This document shows, one piece after another, positions 62,616 to 64,000 of a DNA stretch of 64,000 bases. A program made the translations under genes and the position numbers. Below the pieces are notes generated by a model that had not been told where the DNA came from, searched no databases, and saw only the letters and a list, made by a program, of their open reading frames with translations. Each line of letters starts with the position of its first letter. Within the stretch, counting starts at the first letter, position 1. Origin of the DNA: Glaucostegus cemiculus (taxonomy: Eukaryota). The stretch spans positions 2,666,001 through 2,730,000 of the forward strand of contig CDPCPM010000033.1 of the NCBI GenBank assembly GCA_976551045.1, in the 5' to 3' direction.

Positions 62616-64000
62616 TAAATTTTGAGATTAACCCTTGGAACAAAACAGGTGCACAGTCGACTAAAATGGACCATGACAAATTGACTATGGATGACCACAC
62701 AATTTTCTCAAAAAGGAAACTGAAATCTCACATCATGGTTTATTCCTTCACATGCCATTGATTTCCACTGAACATTGTACCAATGCGTTAGATAAAATTA
62801 CTAATGCAGGTCCTGGCATTTACAAACCAGAACAATTCTAATATTTTAATTTCAGTACTGAAACATATTGAAGTTTGCTACAGGCTCATGTAAAGTTAGA
62901 CTCACATTTTCTGTGCATCAAAATAAACACTGATTTTGGAGCTGGATTCATTGTGTATCATAAAAACATTCATATAAAAGTTCTTCAAATTATTTTGCAA
63001 ATATGTGTGAAACACAAGACCAAGGGAAATGTGTAGAACAGACACAACATTGTCCTCTGCTGCAGTTTCCATGATGTTAAATTCATCATATAATAGCAAA
63101 CAACATCAAACCTATTTTTGTTTTGCAATACCAGTGGTCTTCTTTGGAGGCTTGGACAATTTCTTAAATTGACTTTTAAATGTTACGGTTCTGATTTTTC
63201 AAAATAAGAAGTACTTGCTTCACACAGGCCTATTGAAAATACAGAGGTCTTAGCTTTCTTTCATAGTCATTTAAATATTTAATTTTTTTTCTGTTGTACC
63301 ATTGACAACAGAAAACACACACACTAATCAAAGGATAAAATAATCATTCTATTCAATATAAGAGGGAACCAGCAAATCAATTAGTAAGTGATTATAATCC
63401 TGACTATTTGAATACAGATTACAATAATGTTGGCACCTCGAGTTACTGTTGCTTTGTATAATTCATCATTTTTCATGATCAACAAAAAAGATGTCAAGCA
63501 TAGGGCAAATTGCCCAATTCAGAATGCTCCTACAGCAACAGGTTTTTAAAAGGGAGATGCTACCATTCTGATCACCATAGAAAAAAGTATAGTTATCATT
63601 CAATGACTAAATAGAAACCTAGCTTATGACCTACTGTATCACAGCTTTCCAGTGCATTACCTCAAGCAGTAAATGAAATGAACAGACTTTAGCACTATCG
63701 GATAGCAAAACAAGAATCTATTTTGCTGCATACATAATGGAAATAGCACGACTTGGGCCTTTCATGTTAATTTAGCATTGCATGAAATTCAGCGCCACAG
63801 GTCTGAGGTCAAGCATCATTCATCATTAGCTAAAGTGGCATTTTCTCCACTTCATAAAGCAGCTGCTCGGAAGAAAAAGGTATTCTTTAACAGTACAAGG
63901 CAAGGAATACAATTCGTTCTCTATGAGGAATGAACCACAAAAAAAAAGGTGCCCCAGTGTCAGAATTCTAGTGCGTGTAAATTTGGTGATGTCAGCTGCC

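Noticed and set aside
63788-63808. TTCAGCGCC as a REST/RE1 or CTCF site (also at about 14750 on the minus strand)
   Set aside because: Only a half-site; the GGACAG half and the CTCF 5' core are absent.

Overview
AT-rich, CpG-depleted vertebrate DNA with no recognisable host protein-coding exon, tRNA, rRNA or CRISPR array. It reads as intronic or intergenic sequence. The repeat content points to a cartilaginous fish, probably a batoid (ray, skate or sawfish); this is inferred from repeat families recalled from memory, not from a database search. The repeats include an HE1-type V-SINE, SacSINE1-type DeuSINEs, CR1, L2, Rex1/Babar, RTE and Penelope retroelements, and PIF/Harbinger and Tigger-like DNA transposon remnants. 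All ORF-track entries I could recognise are decayed transposon pieces; the rest look like chance ORFs. There is one 180-N assembly gap. The most interesting signals are: (1) about seven decayed copies of a minimal type-I hammerhead ribozyme inside Penelope terminal repeats, from which an intact consensus can be rebuilt; (2) short non-coding fold-back units made of those repeats; (3) LF-SINE-like remnants; (4) Harbinger transposase and Myb-like fossils; (5) unexplained hairpins and a small CpG/motif-dense island that may be regulatory. I found no convincing, wholly new biological system. Most element boundaries are approximate (about 10-30 bp).
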